This document shows positions 41,430 to 52,608 of a DNA stretch of 64,000 nt, piece after piece (the first letter of the stretch is position 1; each line of letters begins with the position of its first letter). The stretch spans positions 6,142 to 70,141 of the forward strand of contig JASGFB010000002.1 of NCBI GenBank assembly GCA_047605765.1, in the 5' to 3' direction. Below the pieces are notes generated by a model, which ran no database searches, was not told where the DNA came from, and saw nothing but the letters and a program-made list of their open reading frames with translations. The DNA is from Rhodocyclaceae bacterium. GTDB taxonomy: Bacteria; Pseudomonadota; Gammaproteobacteria; Burkholderiales; Rhodocyclaceae. Made by a program: the position numbers and the translations under genes.

Positions 41430-41507
41430 GCGCCAAGGGCGCGCGTACGGCTTTGGGGATCGTGCGGACAGTGGCCGGCGGGCGGAGGGTGCCCGGCCGG
41501 CGAGGGA

Positions 41508-41948
41508 TCAGCGGTGGGGCCGCTCGATGGTGTTCTTGAGGCGTTCGAGGACGCGCGTGACGAGTTCGAGATCGTCCTCGGAGACATCCGCCAGCAATTC
41601 CTGGCGGTATTGCGCGGCGATCGTCTTGAGCTCGCCGTATAGTGCCTGGCCGGCATCGGTGAGGGCCACGTGCTTGACGCGGCGGTCGGTCGGCGAAGGA
41701 ATGCGCTTGACGAAGCCGGCGCCTTCCAGGCGATCCAGCGTGCTGACCATGGTGGCGCCTTCAACGCCCAGCAGGTTCGACACCTCGATCTGCGACATGG
41801 GTTCGGGGGCGCGGGCGATGGCGCTGATGGCCTGCCAGCCGGCGCGGCCCAGGCCGAAATCCTTCAGCCGGCGATCCAGCTCCAACCGCCACAGGTGGGC
41901 GAGGCCATGCAGCGTGGTGGAGAATCTCTCGTCGAGTGGCAGTGTCAT
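41508..41948 (-). CDS. MarR/SlyA-family regulator
   Basis: LDRLE...KRIPSPTDRRVKHVALT winged helix. Confidence 0.9.
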   Translation of the reverse strand: MTLPLDERFSTTLHGLAHLWRLELDRRLKDFGLGRAGWQAISAIARAPEPMSQIEVSNLLGVEGATMVSTLDRLEGAGFVKRIPSPTDRRVKHVALTDAGQALYGELKTIAAQYRQELLADVSEDDLELVTRVLERLKNTIERPHR

Positions 41949-42077
41949 GAAAATGCCGTGTAGTTGTCGTTGTTGCGCGGCAGTGTACCGCGTCTGGGGC
42001 TGTTGGCGCATGTTGGGGCCGACCGCCTGCCTATAATGAACGGAATGCGTGAAATATCAAACACATGAGGCGGCCGC

Positions 42078-42560
42078 ATGAAGCGAAGCGTGTTGGGATT
42101 GATTGCCGCCGCAGGAGCGACGGTGGCCGTTGCAGCGGGGCAGGTCGAGGTTCGGTTCAATGATCCGCAGAACTACGTCGACGGCGATCCGCGTGGCGGA
42201 GCACCGACCCGCTCGGTGCTCAACGCCTTCGAACGTTATCTGGTCAGCGCCGGTAGCGCCCGCCTGAGCGGCGCACAGACCCTTTCCATCGTGGTCCTCG
42301 ACATCGATCTGGCTGGCGAAATCAACCCGCTGCGCCCGCAGGGCGTGCGCGTGATGGGGGCGGTGACGCCGCCACGCATCAAGCTCAAATACCAGATCAG
42401 CGAAAACGGCAGAGTCTTCGCCGAAGGCGAGGAACTCGTCACGAACCCGGATTACCTGACGGATGCGGCATCGCGCACCGACGGCGATCCGCTGTTCTAC
42501 GAAAAGCGCATGCTCGACGCCTGGTTCGACCGTCGCATCGGTACGTCGGCGAAGGAATAG
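42078..42560 (+). CDS. Secreted DUF3016-like protein
   Basis: Signal peptide; DIDLAG...PPRIKLKY...YEKRMLDAWF. Confidence 0.75.
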   Translation: MKRSVLGLIAAAGATVAVAAGQVEVRFNDPQNYVDGDPRGGAPTRSVLNAFERYLVSAGSARLSGAQTLSIVVLDIDLAGEINPLRPQGVRVMGAVTPPRIKLKYQISENGRVFAEGEELVTNPDYLTDAASRTDGDPLFYEKRMLDAWFDRRIGTSAKE

Positions 42561-42653
42561 CGGGGATGGCGGGGGTGGCAGGAATAGCGCGGCCAGGATG
42601 CCTTGCTCAAGGGGTGGCTCAGTCTACGAACTAGCTCAGCCCCTCGTCCCAAC

Positions 42654-42694
42654 AAAAAAGCCGTACCTGCCTGGCAGGTACGGCTTTTCATTTT
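42654..42694. terminator. Bidirectional terminator
   Basis: aaaaaagccgtacctgc-ctg-gcaggtacggcttttcatttt. Confidence 0.85.
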
Positions 42695-42711
42695 GGGCGA
42701 GGGGTGCTCGG

Positions 42712-43554
42712 TTATTCCGGGCAGTACAGGCCGTGCTTGCGGAAGATCGCACGGGCTTTGAGCGTCTGTTCCGGCGTCGGCGTCGGGCAGTCGGTGAGCT
42801 GGTACTTCATGCCCATCTGTTCCCACTTGAATTTGCCCAGTTGGTGGAAGGGCAGGACTTCGGCGCGTTCCACATTGCCCAGCGATGCTGCAAAGCGGGC
42901 TACGCCTTCGATGTTGTCTTCGGCGTCGGTCAGCCCCGGCACCAGGACGAAGCGCACCCATATCGGGCGTTTGCGTTCAGCCAGACGGCGCGCAAAGGCC
43001 AATACCGGTTCGACCGGCTTGGCGGTGGCGCGGATGTGCGTTTCCGGATCCCAGCTTTTGATGTCGATGAGGAACAGATCGATGCCGTCGATCTCGGCGT
43101 CCGACAGCTTGTTGCCCAGGAAGCCGTTGGTATCCAGGGCAGTGTGGATACCCATGGCCTTGGCACCGCGCAGGATATTCATCACGAACCGGTCCTGCAC
43201 CAGCGGCTCGCCGCCGGAAACGGTCACGCCGCCGCCGGAGAACTTCAGGTAATCCTTGTACTTGGACAGTTCCTCGAGGATGTCGTCGGCCGCCACCAGG
43301 CGACCGTTCTTGAGCTTCCAGGTGTCCGGGTTGTGGCAATACTGGCAACGGAATTCGCAGCCGGTGGTCCAGAACACCACGCGGATGCCCGGGCCGTCGA
43401 CCGCCGATCCGGTTTCTTCGGAGTGCAGGAAGCCCCAACGGCCTTCCTGCGCGAATTCATTGACCTGATCGTCGTTCAGATCGTCGTTCGATTCGGTGCG
43501 GAGCTCGAATCGGCTGCCTTGCAGACGGCGCTTTTCAGTATGGGGTGTCGTCAT
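42712..43554 (-). CDS. pflA: Pyruvate formate-lyase activating enzyme (radical SAM)
   Basis: VDGPGIR, CEFRCQYCHNPDTW, SGGEP and LPFHQLG. Confidence 0.95.
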   Translation of the reverse strand: MTTPHTEKRRLQGSRFELRTESNDDLNDDQVNEFAQEGRWGFLHSEETGSAVDGPGIRVVFWTTGCEFRCQYCHNPDTWKLKNGRLVAADDILEELSKYKDYLKFSGGGVTVSGGEPLVQDRFVMNILRGAKAMGIHTALDTNGFLGNKLSDAEIDGIDLFLIDIKSWDPETHIRATAKPVEPVLAFARRLAERKRPIWVRFVLVPGLTDAEDNIEGVARFAASLGNVERAEVLPFHQLGKFKWEQMGMKYQLTDCPTPTPEQTLKARAIFRKHGLYCPE

Positions 43555-43679
43555 GTCGGTCTCGTTTTGTACCTATCCGCCCAATCTTACCCGCGGGTGT
43601 GCGCGGGCGGTGCATGCGGCAATGCCGCAAGCCGCGTGTTGGCCGGTGGCGCACGCATCAGGGACCAAGGCGGCGCCAT

Positions 43680-43723
43680 AAAGAAAAATCCCGGCTCGGG
43701 CAACGTCGCGCCCGGGCCGGGAT
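43680..43723 (-). terminator. Hairpin/terminator between pflB and pflA
   Basis: atcccggctcgggc...gcccgggccgggat with a U-run on the minus strand. Confidence 0.7.
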
Positions 43724-43758
43724 ATGCCTAGCTAGTAGCTATGCAGCGATGGCGCTGA

Positions 43759-46023
43759 TCAGAGCTCGCCGTGGAACGTACGGCTGATCACATCCATTTG
43801 CTGCTCGCGGGTCAGCTTGATGAAGTTGACCGCGTAGCCCGACACGCGAATCGTCAGTTGCGGATACTTTTCCGGATTGTTCATGGCATCCACCAGCGTG
43901 TCGCGGTTGAGCACGTTCACATTGACGTGGAAGCCGGTGGTACCGAAGAAGCCATCCAGCGAACGGGCGAGGTTCGTGGTCTGGTCATCGACGCTGGCGC
44001 CCATACCCGTCGGCACGATGCTGGAGGTCAGCGAGATGCCGTCCTGGCAGTGTTCGTACGGGAGCTTGGCAACCGACATCGCCGACGCCACGAAGCCCAG
44101 CTTGTCGCGGCCGTGCATCGGGTTGGCACCCGGTGCGAACGGTTCGCCAGCGCGGCGGCCGTCCGGCGTGTTGCCGGTGGCCTTGCCATAGACCACGTTC
44201 GACGTGATGGTCAGCACCGATTGGGTGTGCATCGCGTCGCGGTAGGTCCGGTGCTTGCGCAGCTTGTTCATGAACGTTTCGGTCAGCCACACCGCGTATT
44301 GGTCGACGCGGTCGTCGTTGTTGCCGAACTTCGGGAAATCGCCTTCGATCGCGTAGTCGGTGATCAGGCCGGATTCGTCGCGAACGACCTTGACCTTGCC
44401 GAACTTGATGGCGGACAGCGAATCAGCCACCACCGACAGGCCGGCGATACCGAAGGCCATCGTGCGCAGCGGGTTGTAATCGTGCAGCGCCATTTCGATA
44501 CGCTCGTAAGCGTACTTGTCGTGCATGTAATGGATGACGTTCATCGCATTCACGTACGTGCGGGCCAGCCATTCCATGGCGTGGTCGAACTTGGCCATCA
44601 CGTCGTCGAATTCAAGGTAGTCGCCCTTGACGCCGTCGAACGGATCCATGACCTGATCGCCGGACACTTCGTCACGGCCGCCGTTGATTGCGTACAGCAT
44701 GCACTTGGCGAGGTTCACACGAGCGCCGAACAGTTGCATTTGCTTGCCCACGCGCATGGCGGACACGCAGCAGGCGATGGCGGTGTCGTCACCCCAGGCC
44801 GGACGCATCAGTTCGTCGGATTCGTACTGGACGGCGCTGGTGTCGATCGAAACCTTGGCGCAGAACTTCTTGAAGCCTTCCGGCAGCTTCGGCGACCAGA
44901 ACACGGTCATGTTGGGTTCCGGTGCCGGCCCCAGGTTGTACAGGGTCTGCAGGTAACGGAAGCTGTTCTTGGTGACCAGCGGACGGCCGTCGGCGGCCAC
45001 GCCACCGATGGATTCGGTCACCCAGGTCGGGTCGCCCGAGAACAGTGCGTCGTATTCCGGCGTGCGCAGGAAGCGGACGATACGCAGCTTGATGATGAAG
45101 TCGTCGATGATTTCCTGGGCTTGGGCTTCGTTCAGCGTGCCTTCCTTCAGGTCACGTTCGAAGTACACATCCAGGAAGGTCGAGGTACGGCCCAGCGACA
45201 TGGCTGCGCCGTTTTGTTCCTTGACGGCGGCCAGGTAGCCGAAGTACAGCCATTGCACGGCTTCCTTGGCGGTAGCGGCCGGACGGGAAATGTCGAAGCC
45301 GTACTTGGCGGCCATTTCCTTCAGCTCGGTCAGCGCCTTGGCTTGTTCGGACAGTTCTTCGCGGTCGCGGATGATTTCGTCGGTCGAGTGAGCGTGATCG
45401 ATCGAAGCCTTTTCAGCCTTCTTGAACTTGATCAGCGCATCCACGCCGTACAGCGCCACGCGGCGATAGTCGCCGATGATGCGGCCACGGCCATAGGCAT
45501 CGGGCAGGCCGGTAACGATGTGCGAGCTGCGAGCCTTGCGGACGTCCAGCGGGTAAGCATCGAAGACGCCGTCGTTGTGGGTCTTGCGGTACTTGGTGAA
45601 GATTTCGCGGTTCTTGGGATCAACCGGGAAGTTGAACGCCTTCAGGCTGGTTTCCACCATGCGCCAGCCGCCGTTCGGGAAAATGGCGCGCTTCAGCGGG
45701 GCATCGGTCTGCAGGCCGACGATCACTTCGTTGGCTTTGTCGATGTAGCCAGCGTCGTGAGCGGTGATGGACGAGGGAATTTGCGAGACGTCGAGCACGC
45801 CGCGCTCACGTTCTTGAACGAACAGTTCGGACAGCTTGTTCCAGATGGCCGTAGTGCGAGGCGTAGCGGGGGCCAGGAAACTGGCGTCGCCTTCGTACGG
45901 CGTAATGTTCGCTTGGATGAAATCACGGACGTCGATGGACGTTTTCCATTCGGCGCCTTTGAACCCACGCCACGGTTCTGCTGTTGTGCCAGTGGCTTGA
46001 GCGATTTGGTCGCGTTCCGACAT
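43759..46023 (-). CDS. pflB: Pyruvate formate-lyase (glycyl radical enzyme)
   Basis: IACCVS catalytic Cys pair; TIRVSGYAV glycyl-radical motif; [17 protein letters not shown]. Confidence 0.97.
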   Translation of the reverse strand: MSERDQIAQATGTTAEPWRGFKGAEWKTSIDVRDFIQANITPYEGDASFLAPATPRTTAIWNKLSELFVQERERGVLDVSQIPSSITAHDAGYIDKANEVIVGLQTDAPLKRAIFPNGGWRMVETSLKAFNFPVDPKNREIFTKYRKTHNDGVFDAYPLDVRKARSSHIVTGLPDAYGRGRIIGDYRRVALYGVDALIKFKKAEKASIDHAHSTDEIIRDREELSEQAKALTELKEMAAKYGFDISRPAATAKEAVQWLYFGYLAAVKEQNGAAMSLGRTSTFLDVYFERDLKEGTLNEAQAQEIIDDFIIKLRIVRFLRTPEYDALFSGDPTWVTESIGGVAADGRPLVTKNSFRYLQTLYNLGPAPEPNMTVFWSPKLPEGFKKFCAKVSIDTSAVQYESDELMRPAWGDDTAIACCVSAMRVGKQMQLFGARVNLAKCMLYAINGGRDEVSGDQVMDPFDGVKGDYLEFDDVMAKFDHAMEWLARTYVNAMNVIHYMHDKYAYERIEMALHDYNPLRTMAFGIAGLSVVADSLSAIKFGKVKVVRDESGLITDYAIEGDFPKFGNNDDRVDQYAVWLTETFMNKLRKHRTYRDAMHTQSVLTITSNVVYGKATGNTPDGRRAGEPFAPGANPMHGRDKLGFVASAMSVAKLPYEHCQDGISLTSSIVPTGMGASVDDQTTNLARSLDGFFGTTGFHVNVNVLNRDTLVDAMNNPEKYPQLTIRVSGYAVNFIKLTREQQMDVISRTFHGEL

Positions 46024-46141
46024 GATTGCCTCCTACGGCTATTTGAAGTCCGAATGCCCCGGTAGGGCAGTGCGCGTTAGGCCCTTGTGGGGCCAGGCTC
46101 GCGCTGTTGAAAGAAGTATGCGCTTGAAGACCCTCTAATGT

Positions 46142-46155
46142 TTGACTTAGCGCAA
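46142..46155. promoter_or_regulatory. FNR-like box centred near -41 of a putative pflB promoter
   Basis: TTGACTTAGCGCAA compared with TTGAT-N4-ATCAA; -10 CATACT at 46120-46115. Confidence 0.55.
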
Positions 46156-46178
46156 ATTGAAGCCTGCCATCCCAATAA

Positions 46179-46191
46179 AATCAAGGCATTA
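46179..46191 (+). promoter_or_regulatory. IHF site upstream of pflB
   Basis: AATCAAGGCATTA matches WATCAANNNNTTR exactly. Confidence 0.55.
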
Positions 46192-46394
46192 CATGCACTT
46201 ATTCAGAAATAGAAAAAGCTTCTGGTGCGCTGCAATAATGCAAAATGAATATGAAAACGGCACCTATCGATTACTCAGTATAGGTGCCGAATTCTTTCGC
46301 GGTGTCAGGCTTTTCTCATATTAAGAAGCCCTTACAAGAGAGGGGGATCAGACCCCTGATCCCGTGTCACACCGATTCACAATTGACGTGTTTG

Positions 46395-47708
46395 TCAGCT
46401 TTGTCCCTTTTGTTGCGATGCAGAACCAGATTGCCCGCCGCGATGACGTCTGGGACGCCGGCGCTGTGCTGCGGCGGCGTCGCCGGAGCCGCGATTCTGG
46501 TTGCGCGGTGGTGCGTTGCGGTGCGTGTTGCTGCGCTCAACCGCTGGCGCGTCATTCACCGGTGAGGGGACGAAATCACTCACCGCCACGCGCTCGATCG
46601 GCCGCTTGATGAGTCGTTCGATGGCCCCCAGCAGCTTCAGTTCCTCGGCGTCCACCAGCGATACGGCGGCGCCGGCGCTGCCTGCGCGGCCCGTACGACC
46701 GATGCGGTGCACATAGTCTTCGGCGACATTGGGCAGTTCGAAGTTCACCACCTGCGGCAGTTGATCGATATCGAGACCGCGCGCCGCGATGTCGGTCGCC
46801 ACCAGCACCGGCAGGCTACCGTCCTTGAATTCGGACAGCGCGCGCGTGCGGGCATTCTGGCTCTTGTTGCCATGGATGGCCGCCGAGGGAATGCCTTGCT
46901 TGTCGAGGTATTCGGCCAGTCGGTTGGCGCCATGCTTGGTGCGCGTGAATACCAGCACCTGGCGCCAGTCGTGCTTCTTGACCAAGTGGGCGAGCAATTC
47001 GCGCTTCTGCTTTTGGCCGATCAGGTGCACCGATTGCTGCACGAGTTCCGAGGCCGTGTTGCGGCGGGCCACGTCGACGCGGCCCGGCTCATTCAACAGG
47101 CCGTCGGCGAGGGTGCGGATTTCGTCCGAGAAGGTGGCCGAGAACAACAGGTTCTGGCGCTTGGCGGGCAACAGCGCCAGGATCTTGCGGATGTCGCGGA
47201 TGAAGCCCATGTCGAGCATGCGGTCGGCTTCGTCGAGAACGAGGATTTCCACGCCCGACAGGTCCAGCGTCTTCTGCCCGACGTGATCCAGCAGGCGGCC
47301 CGGCGTGGCGACCAGAATGTCTACGGGTTTGCGCAGGGCACTGATCTGCGGCGTGATATTGACGCCACCGAACATCACCATCGAGGTGATAGGCACGTAC
47401 TTGCCATAGATGCGGACGGACTCTTCGACCTGAGCGGCCAGCTCGCGCGTCGGCGTCAGGATCAGGCAGCGCGGGCGGCCGGGTTTGTTGGTGCGTGCCT
47501 GGCCGTTGAGGCGCTGCAGCACGGGGAGGGTGAAGCCGGCCGTCTTGCCGGTGCCGGTCTGGGCGGTGGCCAGCAGATCGCCGCCGTTCAGTACGAGGGG
47601 GATGGCCTGCGATTGGATCGGAGTGGGGCGCTCATAGCCGGCGTCGGCGATAGCGCGCAGAAAGGGTTCTGCCAGTTGCAAACTGGCAAACGAAACCTCG
47701 GATGTCAT
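46395..47708 (-). CDS. rhlE: DEAD-box RNA helicase RhlE
   Basis: [29 protein letters not shown] and [10 protein letters not shown]. Confidence 0.93.
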   Translation of the reverse strand: MTSEVSFASLQLAEPFLRAIADAGYERPTPIQSQAIPLVLNGGDLLATAQTGTGKTAGFTLPVLQRLNGQARTNKPGRPRCLILTPTRELAAQVEESVRIYGKYVPITSMVMFGGVNITPQISALRKPVDILVATPGRLLDHVGQKTLDLSGVEILVLDEADRMLDMGFIRDIRKILALLPAKRQNLLFSATFSDEIRTLADGLLNEPGRVDVARRNTASELVQQSVHLIGQKQKRELLAHLVKKHDWRQVLVFTRTKHGANRLAEYLDKQGIPSAAIHGNKSQNARTRALSEFKDGSLPVLVATDIAARGLDIDQLPQVVNFELPNVAEDYVHRIGRTGRAGSAGAAVSLVDAEELKLLGAIERLIKRPIERVAVSDFVPSPVNDAPAVERSNTHRNAPPRNQNRGSGDAAAAQRRRPRRHRGGQSGSASQQKGQS

Positions 47709-47912
47709 GCAGTTGGAACTCCAGCGGCGGCCTGCCGCTCGGAGCGACACCAATCGAGGCGAACAGGCCTGTATTCGACCCCGCAGCCGGGGTGTAGAGG
47801 GAAGAACTCGCCGGTACGCCGATTGGCAAGGCGTACGGAAACAACTGATATTGTAAGGCTTTGCGACCCCTCGCGGGGTGTTTGCATGACCTTTTCTGAC
47901 ATCCGGTTGGGA

Positions 47913-47946
47913 AATAACAAACGGCGCTTTCGCGCCGTTTGTTATT
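47913..47946. terminator. Hairpin terminator after uxaC
   Basis: aataacaaacggcgc-tttc-gcgccgtttgttatt. Confidence 0.8.
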
Positions 47947-47968
47947 CCGCCGGCTATCGCCGGTGGGA

Positions 47969-49372
47969 TCAGCCGAGCTGGAAGTAGCGTTCGGCGTTGC
48001 CGTAGCAAATGCCTTCGACGATCTTCTTGAGCTGCGCCCAGTCTTGCGGGTATTCGCCGTTCTCGACCCAGCCACCGATCATGTTGCACAGGATGCGGCG
48101 GAAGTATTCGTGACGGGTGTACGACAGGAAGCTGCGCGAGTCGGTCAGCATGCCGACGAAGGCCCCCAGGTTGCCCAACTGCGACAGGGCGGTGATCTGG
48201 CGGATCATGCCGTCCTTCTGGTCGTTGAACCACCAGCCGGAACCGAACTGCATCTTGCCCACGACCTTACCGTCCTGGTAGTTGCCGATCATGGTCGCCA
48301 GCACTTCGTTGTGGATCGGGTTCAGGCAGTACAGGATCGTCTTCGGCAGCAGATCGTCGCCATCCAGGGTGTCCAGGAAGCGGGCGATCTTGGCCGAGAT
48401 CAGATCGTCGGCGATCGAATCCCAGCCGGTATCGGCGCCCAGGTGCTTGAACATGCGCGTGTTGTTGTTGCGCTGCGCACCGATGTGCAGTTGCATGGCC
48501 CAGCCGCGGCGTGCGTATTCGCGGCCCAGGTGCAGCATGACGGCGGTCTTGAACTGGTCGGCTTCTTCCTTCGACACGGCCTCGTTGCTCATGGCGCGGG
48601 CCAGGATCGTGGTCAGTTCGGATTCGGATGCCGGGGCGAAGAACGCCACGTCGATGGCATGATCGGACAGCTTGCAGCCATGGGCGGCGAAGTAGTCCAG
48701 GCGAGCATCCAGTGCCTTGAGCAGGCCGGGGAAATCATCGATCGCCACGCCCGACACGGCGGACAGGCGGCGGATGTAGTCCTGGAAGCCGGCGCGGTCG
48801 ATGTTGAACGACTTGTCCGGACGGAAAGTCGGCAGCACCTTGACACCAAAGCCCTCGGCGGCGATCGCCTTGTGGTTGGCCAGATCGTCGACCGGGTCGT
48901 CGGTGGTGCACACCGCCTTGACGTTGGAACGTTCCATCAGGCCGCGCGCCGACAGTTCGGGCTTGCCGATCTGGGCGTTGCAGACTTCCCACAGCTCATC
49001 GGCCGTGGCGCTGGAAACCAGCGTACGGGTGCCGAAGTAGCGTTGCAGTTCGAGGTGGCTCCAGTGGTAGAGCGGGTTGCCCACGCCCATCGGCAGCACT
49101 TCGCAGAACTTGCGGAACTTGGCCTGATCGGGCTGGTTGCCGGTGATGAAATCCTCGGTCACGCCCGAAGAGCGCATGAAGCGCCACTTGTAGTGGTCGC
49201 CGCCCAGCCAGATTTCCGTGATGTTACGGAACGACTTGTTCTGCGCGATTTCTGCCGGCGGCAGGTGGCAGTGGTAGTCGATGATGGGTTGCGGCGCCGC
49301 GTACTCGTGGTAGAGCTTCTGTGCGGTGGGGGTTTCGAGAAGGAAATTCTCGTCCATGAAGGCTTTAGCCAT
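47969..49372 (-). CDS. uxaC: Uronate isomerase
   Basis: [35 protein letters not shown] and [18 protein letters not shown]. Confidence 0.96.
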   Translation of the reverse strand: MAKAFMDENFLLETPTAQKLYHEYAAPQPIIDYHCHLPPAEIAQNKSFRNITEIWLGGDHYKWRFMRSSGVTEDFITGNQPDQAKFRKFCEVLPMGVGNPLYHWSHLELQRYFGTRTLVSSATADELWEVCNAQIGKPELSARGLMERSNVKAVCTTDDPVDDLANHKAIAAEGFGVKVLPTFRPDKSFNIDRAGFQDYIRRLSAVSGVAIDDFPGLLKALDARLDYFAAHGCKLSDHAIDVAFFAPASESELTTILARAMSNEAVSKEEADQFKTAVMLHLGREYARRGWAMQLHIGAQRNNNTRMFKHLGADTGWDSIADDLISAKIARFLDTLDGDDLLPKTILYCLNPIHNEVLATMIGNYQDGKVVGKMQFGSGWWFNDQKDGMIRQITALSQLGNLGAFVGMLTDSRSFLSYTRHEYFRRILCNMIGGWVENGEYPQDWAQLKKIVEGICYGNAERYFQLG

Positions 49373-49503
49373 AACCTGTCTCCAAAAGGCGAATCAATGC
49401 TCGCGTCAAGATGTCAGACCAAAAATTGTATCCCACGCAACCCTTGTCTTACAGGTTGAGATCAACTGTTACTGGTCGCATTCCGACAAGAATGTGTAAA
49501 TTC

Positions 49504-50355
49504 TTAAACTCCACTGTAGGTGGAATACCCGCCATCCACCGCCACCACGCTGCCCGTCACATAGCTCGCGCCTTTGGGCGACACCAGCCATAGCAGGGCG
49601 CCGAGCAATTCCTCGGCTTCGCCGAAGCGCGCCATCGGCGTCTGGTTGATCACGCGCTGGGCCCGTTCGGTGTAGCTGCCATCGGCGTTGATCATCATCT
49701 TGCGGTTCTGCTCGGTAATGAAAAAGCCGGGCGCCAGGGCGTTCACGCGGATGCCCTGCTGCGCGAAGTGCGTCGCCAGCCATTGCGTGAAGTTGGCCAC
49801 CGCCGCCTTTGCTCCACTATAGGCAGCGACCTGCGTGAGCGGCCGGAACGAGGCCATCGAGGCAATGTTGATGATCGAGCAGCCGGCGCGGCCGACCATC
49901 TGCTTGCCGAAGACCTGGCTGGGCAGGATGGTGCCCATCAGGTTGAGATCGAAGACGAACTCGAAGCCGCTCATGTCCAGTTCGAAGAAGCTGGTGTTGT
50001 CGGCGCTGGCCGTGTCGGGGTCGAAGAAGCGCTGGCCGGTCACGCCCTTCGGGTTGTTGCCGCCGGCACCGTTGATCAGGATGTCACAGGGGCCGAAGGT
50101 GGCGGCGATATGCGCCGCTGCCGCTTCGATCGAGGCGCGGTCCAGCACGTTGCAACTGACGCCCTGCGCAATGCCGCCGGCGTGCTCGATTTCGGCCGCC
50201 AGGGCTTCGGCCTTGCCCATGTCGCGGCCGAGGATGGCGACCTTGGCGCCGCAGGCGGCCAGCGCCCGGCACATTTCGGCGCCGAGCACGCCGCTGCCGC
50301 CGGTGACGGCTGCGACCTTGTTCTTCAGATCGATGTGGAACGGTAGTTCGGTCAT
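49504..50355 (-). CDS. uxuB: SDR-type D-mannonate oxidoreductase (UxuB-like)
   Basis: TGGSGVLG, INGAGGN, YSGAK and PGFFITEQNR; adjacent to uxaC. Confidence 0.8.
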   Translation of the reverse strand: MTELPFHIDLKNKVAAVTGGSGVLGAEMCRALAACGAKVAILGRDMGKAEALAAEIEHAGGIAQGVSCNVLDRASIEAAAAHIAATFGPCDILINGAGGNNPKGVTGQRFFDPDTASADNTSFFELDMSGFEFVFDLNLMGTILPSQVFGKQMVGRAGCSIINIASMASFRPLTQVAAYSGAKAAVANFTQWLATHFAQQGIRVNALAPGFFITEQNRKMMINADGSYTERAQRVINQTPMARFGEAEELLGALLWLVSPKGASYVTGSVVAVDGGYSTYSGV

Positions 50356-50621
50356 GCAATAGCCCTTGCCTGTGGCCGCGCCTGGGCGTGGCCTGTTCTT
50401 GTAAGGGGGATCGAGGCCGTATTGGCCAGCCCCTGGATGCGGCCCGCCTCGAAAATCGGGCCGCGGTCGTAAGACCGCCCGCCATGATACGCCCCGCCAG
50501 CACCCCGTACCGCCCCGGCGGGCCCTTGTGGGGCGGGGTGGACCTTTCGCCACTGCGCGGGCATTTGGGCTTCTTGTATGGTACTTTACGTGCATCGATC
50601 ACTTATGTTGAAGGCATTTTC

Positions 50622-51338
50622 GTGCCCAGAGCCAAAGCCAACGTGGACGGCCCGGCCGTATTCCGCTATCGCGAACCGGTGTCCATCGGCGCACAACTGC
50701 ACCGCCACCTGCGCGACGCCATCATTCGTGCCGATTTCAAACCCGGCCAGGCGCTGTCAGAAACCGAACTGAGCAAGCTCTACGCGGTGAGCCGCCAGCC
50801 GGTGCGCGAGGCCTTCATCAAGCTGGCCGAAGAACGCCTGGTCGAAGTGCTGCCCCAGCGCGGTACCTTCGTGGTCAAGATCTCGATTGAAGACGTCATG
50901 GATGCGCGCTTCGTGCGCGAAGTGATCGAAGTGGCCATCGTCGAAGAAGTCGCCGCCCGTGCCACGCCGGAACTGGTGGCCGAACTGCGCGACGTGCTGG
51001 ATCAGCAGGCCGCCGTGCCGCCGCACGACATCGCCACGTTGATGGCGCTGGATGAAGCCTTCCACAAGAAGCTGGCCAGCGCCGTGCAGCGCGATCACGC
51101 CTGGCGCATCATCGAGAGCGTCAAGGCCCAGATGGATCGCGTGCGTTACCTGAGCATCGACGACGCCACGCCGGTGACGGTGATCGTCGATCAGCACCGC
51201 CAGGTGGTCGATGCCATCGAGGCCGGCGACCCGGTGGCGGCGGCCAGTGCCATGCGTGCGCATCTGCGCGAAATTCTCACCTCGCTGCCGCAGATCGCGC
51301 AGCGCCATCCGGACCTGTTTCAACCCACCGAGGGCTGA
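50622..51338 (+). CDS. GntR/FCD regulator (RspR/UxuR-like); start uncertain
   Basis: LSETEL...VSRQPVREAFIKL, PQRGTFV and KAQMDRVRYL. Confidence 0.88.
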   Translation: MPRAKANVDGPAVFRYREPVSIGAQLHRHLRDAIIRADFKPGQALSETELSKLYAVSRQPVREAFIKLAEERLVEVLPQRGTFVVKISIEDVMDARFVREVIEVAIVEEVAARATPELVAELRDVLDQQAAVPPHDIATLMALDEAFHKKLASAVQRDHAWRIIESVKAQMDRVRYLSIDDATPVTVIVDQHRQVVDAIEAGDPVAAASAMRAHLREILTSLPQIAQRHPDLFQPTEG

Positions 51339-51566
51339 ATGCCTTGGCGCCCGCCGGCGCTCATGCTGGCGGGATTCCCTTTCACTTCTGCTGTCTTTCG
51401 CGCTTTTCTCGCAGCGCGTCGGTTGTTTCTGAGAGGGGGGCGTGAAGTCAAACGGCCGCCACAAAGGCGCCGTGCTTAGCGCGGCGCGTTTCATTGCCCC
51501 ACTACCATACATGTTCCCTGCGCATTGATTGCATACGGTGCGCGAACGGTTCCATGGAGGAGTGGC

Positions 51567-52550
51567 ATGAACAAGACAATCCGTACGCTATGCAGCACCC
51601 TGGCCTCGCTGGGCCTGCTGATCGCCGCCGATTCGGCGGTCGCGCAGACTTATTTGCTCAATGTCAGCACGGCGCTGGTGGCCGACGACCCCATGTACAA
51701 GGGCCTGCTCGAATTCAAGAAGAATGTCGAGGCTCGCAGCAAGGGGCGCATCAAGGTCAAGACCTTCCCGGCTTCGCAGCTTGGCTCCGATGAAGACATC
51801 ATCGAACAGATCAAGGCGGGGGCTGGCATCGCGCTCATCACCGATGGCGCGCGCCTGGAGCCCTATGCTCGCGAGTTCGGCATCCTGACCGCGCCCTATC
51901 TGGTCGACAACTACGCCGCCATGCGTAAAGTCGTGGCCTCGCCGCTGTTCGAGTCTTGGGGCAAGACGCTGCATGACAAGGGCGGCTTCCAGGTATTTTC
52001 GTTCAACTGGTACCAGGGCGAACGCCACCTGGTAACCAACAAGCCGGTCAGCAAACCCACCGACCTGGCGGGCGTGCGCATGCGCACCCCGGGGGCTCCG
52101 CTATGGCTGGAAAGCGTGCGCGCGCTTGGCGCCACCCCGACGCCAATGCCCTGGACCGAGTCGTATTCCGCCCTGCAACTGAAGGCCATCGACGCGGTCG
52201 AGGCGCAATTGCCGGCCATCTATGGCTCACGCCTGTACGAAGTCGCCAAGTACATCACCAAGACGCGCCATATCCAGCTCATGACCGGGTTGGTCGGTTC
52301 GGCCAAGTGGTTCGACAAGCTGCCCGCCGACCTTCAGGTCATCGTACGCGAGGAGTCGCTCAATGCGGGCGATCATGCTTCGCAGCTCACGCTCGGCCAA
52401 CTGGCGACGTACGAAAAGGACATGCAGGCCAAGGGTATGAAGATATCCAGCGTCGACGTCACGCCATTCGTAGCCGCCTCCAAGGCGGTCTATGACAAGT
52501 TTGGCTACGGCGATCTGCGCAAGCAGATCGATGCCGTCGTCGCGCACTGA
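51567..52550 (+). CDS. dctP: TRAP transporter substrate-binding protein DctP
   Basis: Signal peptide; SQLGSD, DLAGVRMR and LGATPTPMPWTESYSALQ. Confidence 0.9.
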   Translation: MNKTIRTLCSTLASLGLLIAADSAVAQTYLLNVSTALVADDPMYKGLLEFKKNVEARSKGRIKVKTFPASQLGSDEDIIEQIKAGAGIALITDGARLEPYAREFGILTAPYLVDNYAAMRKVVASPLFESWGKTLHDKGGFQVFSFNWYQGERHLVTNKPVSKPTDLAGVRMRTPGAPLWLESVRALGATPTPMPWTESYSALQLKAIDAVEAQLPAIYGSRLYEVAKYITKTRHIQLMTGLVGSAKWFDKLPADLQVIVREESLNAGDHASQLTLGQLATYEKDMQAKGMKISSVDVTPFVAASKAVYDKFGYGDLRKQIDAVVAH

Positions 52551-52608
52551 GCGTCAGACGATGCCCGCCGGGGCCGCAGTGCCCCGGCCGTTCCCCGAGT
52601 CATCCCTC

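Noticed and set aside
43771-46065. 764-aa ORF antisense to pflB, and similar long ORFs opposite typA, uxaC, hscA, pel and the ABC binding protein
   Set aside because: Shadow ORFs caused by strong GC3 codon bias; no recognisable motifs, and each fully overlaps a clear gene
46226-46238. PhaR-like TGCGCTGCA motif upstream of pflB
   Set aside because: Short, degenerate and likely to occur by chance
47709-48233. 175-aa N-terminal extension of the RhlE ORF overlapping uxaC
   Set aside because: It runs through the uxaC terminator; homology and the RBS indicate a start at 47708
46080-50535. Recurring GGCCCTTGTGGGGC (46080, 50521) as a REP element
   Set aside because: Only two short copies in GC-rich DNA; not enough to define a family
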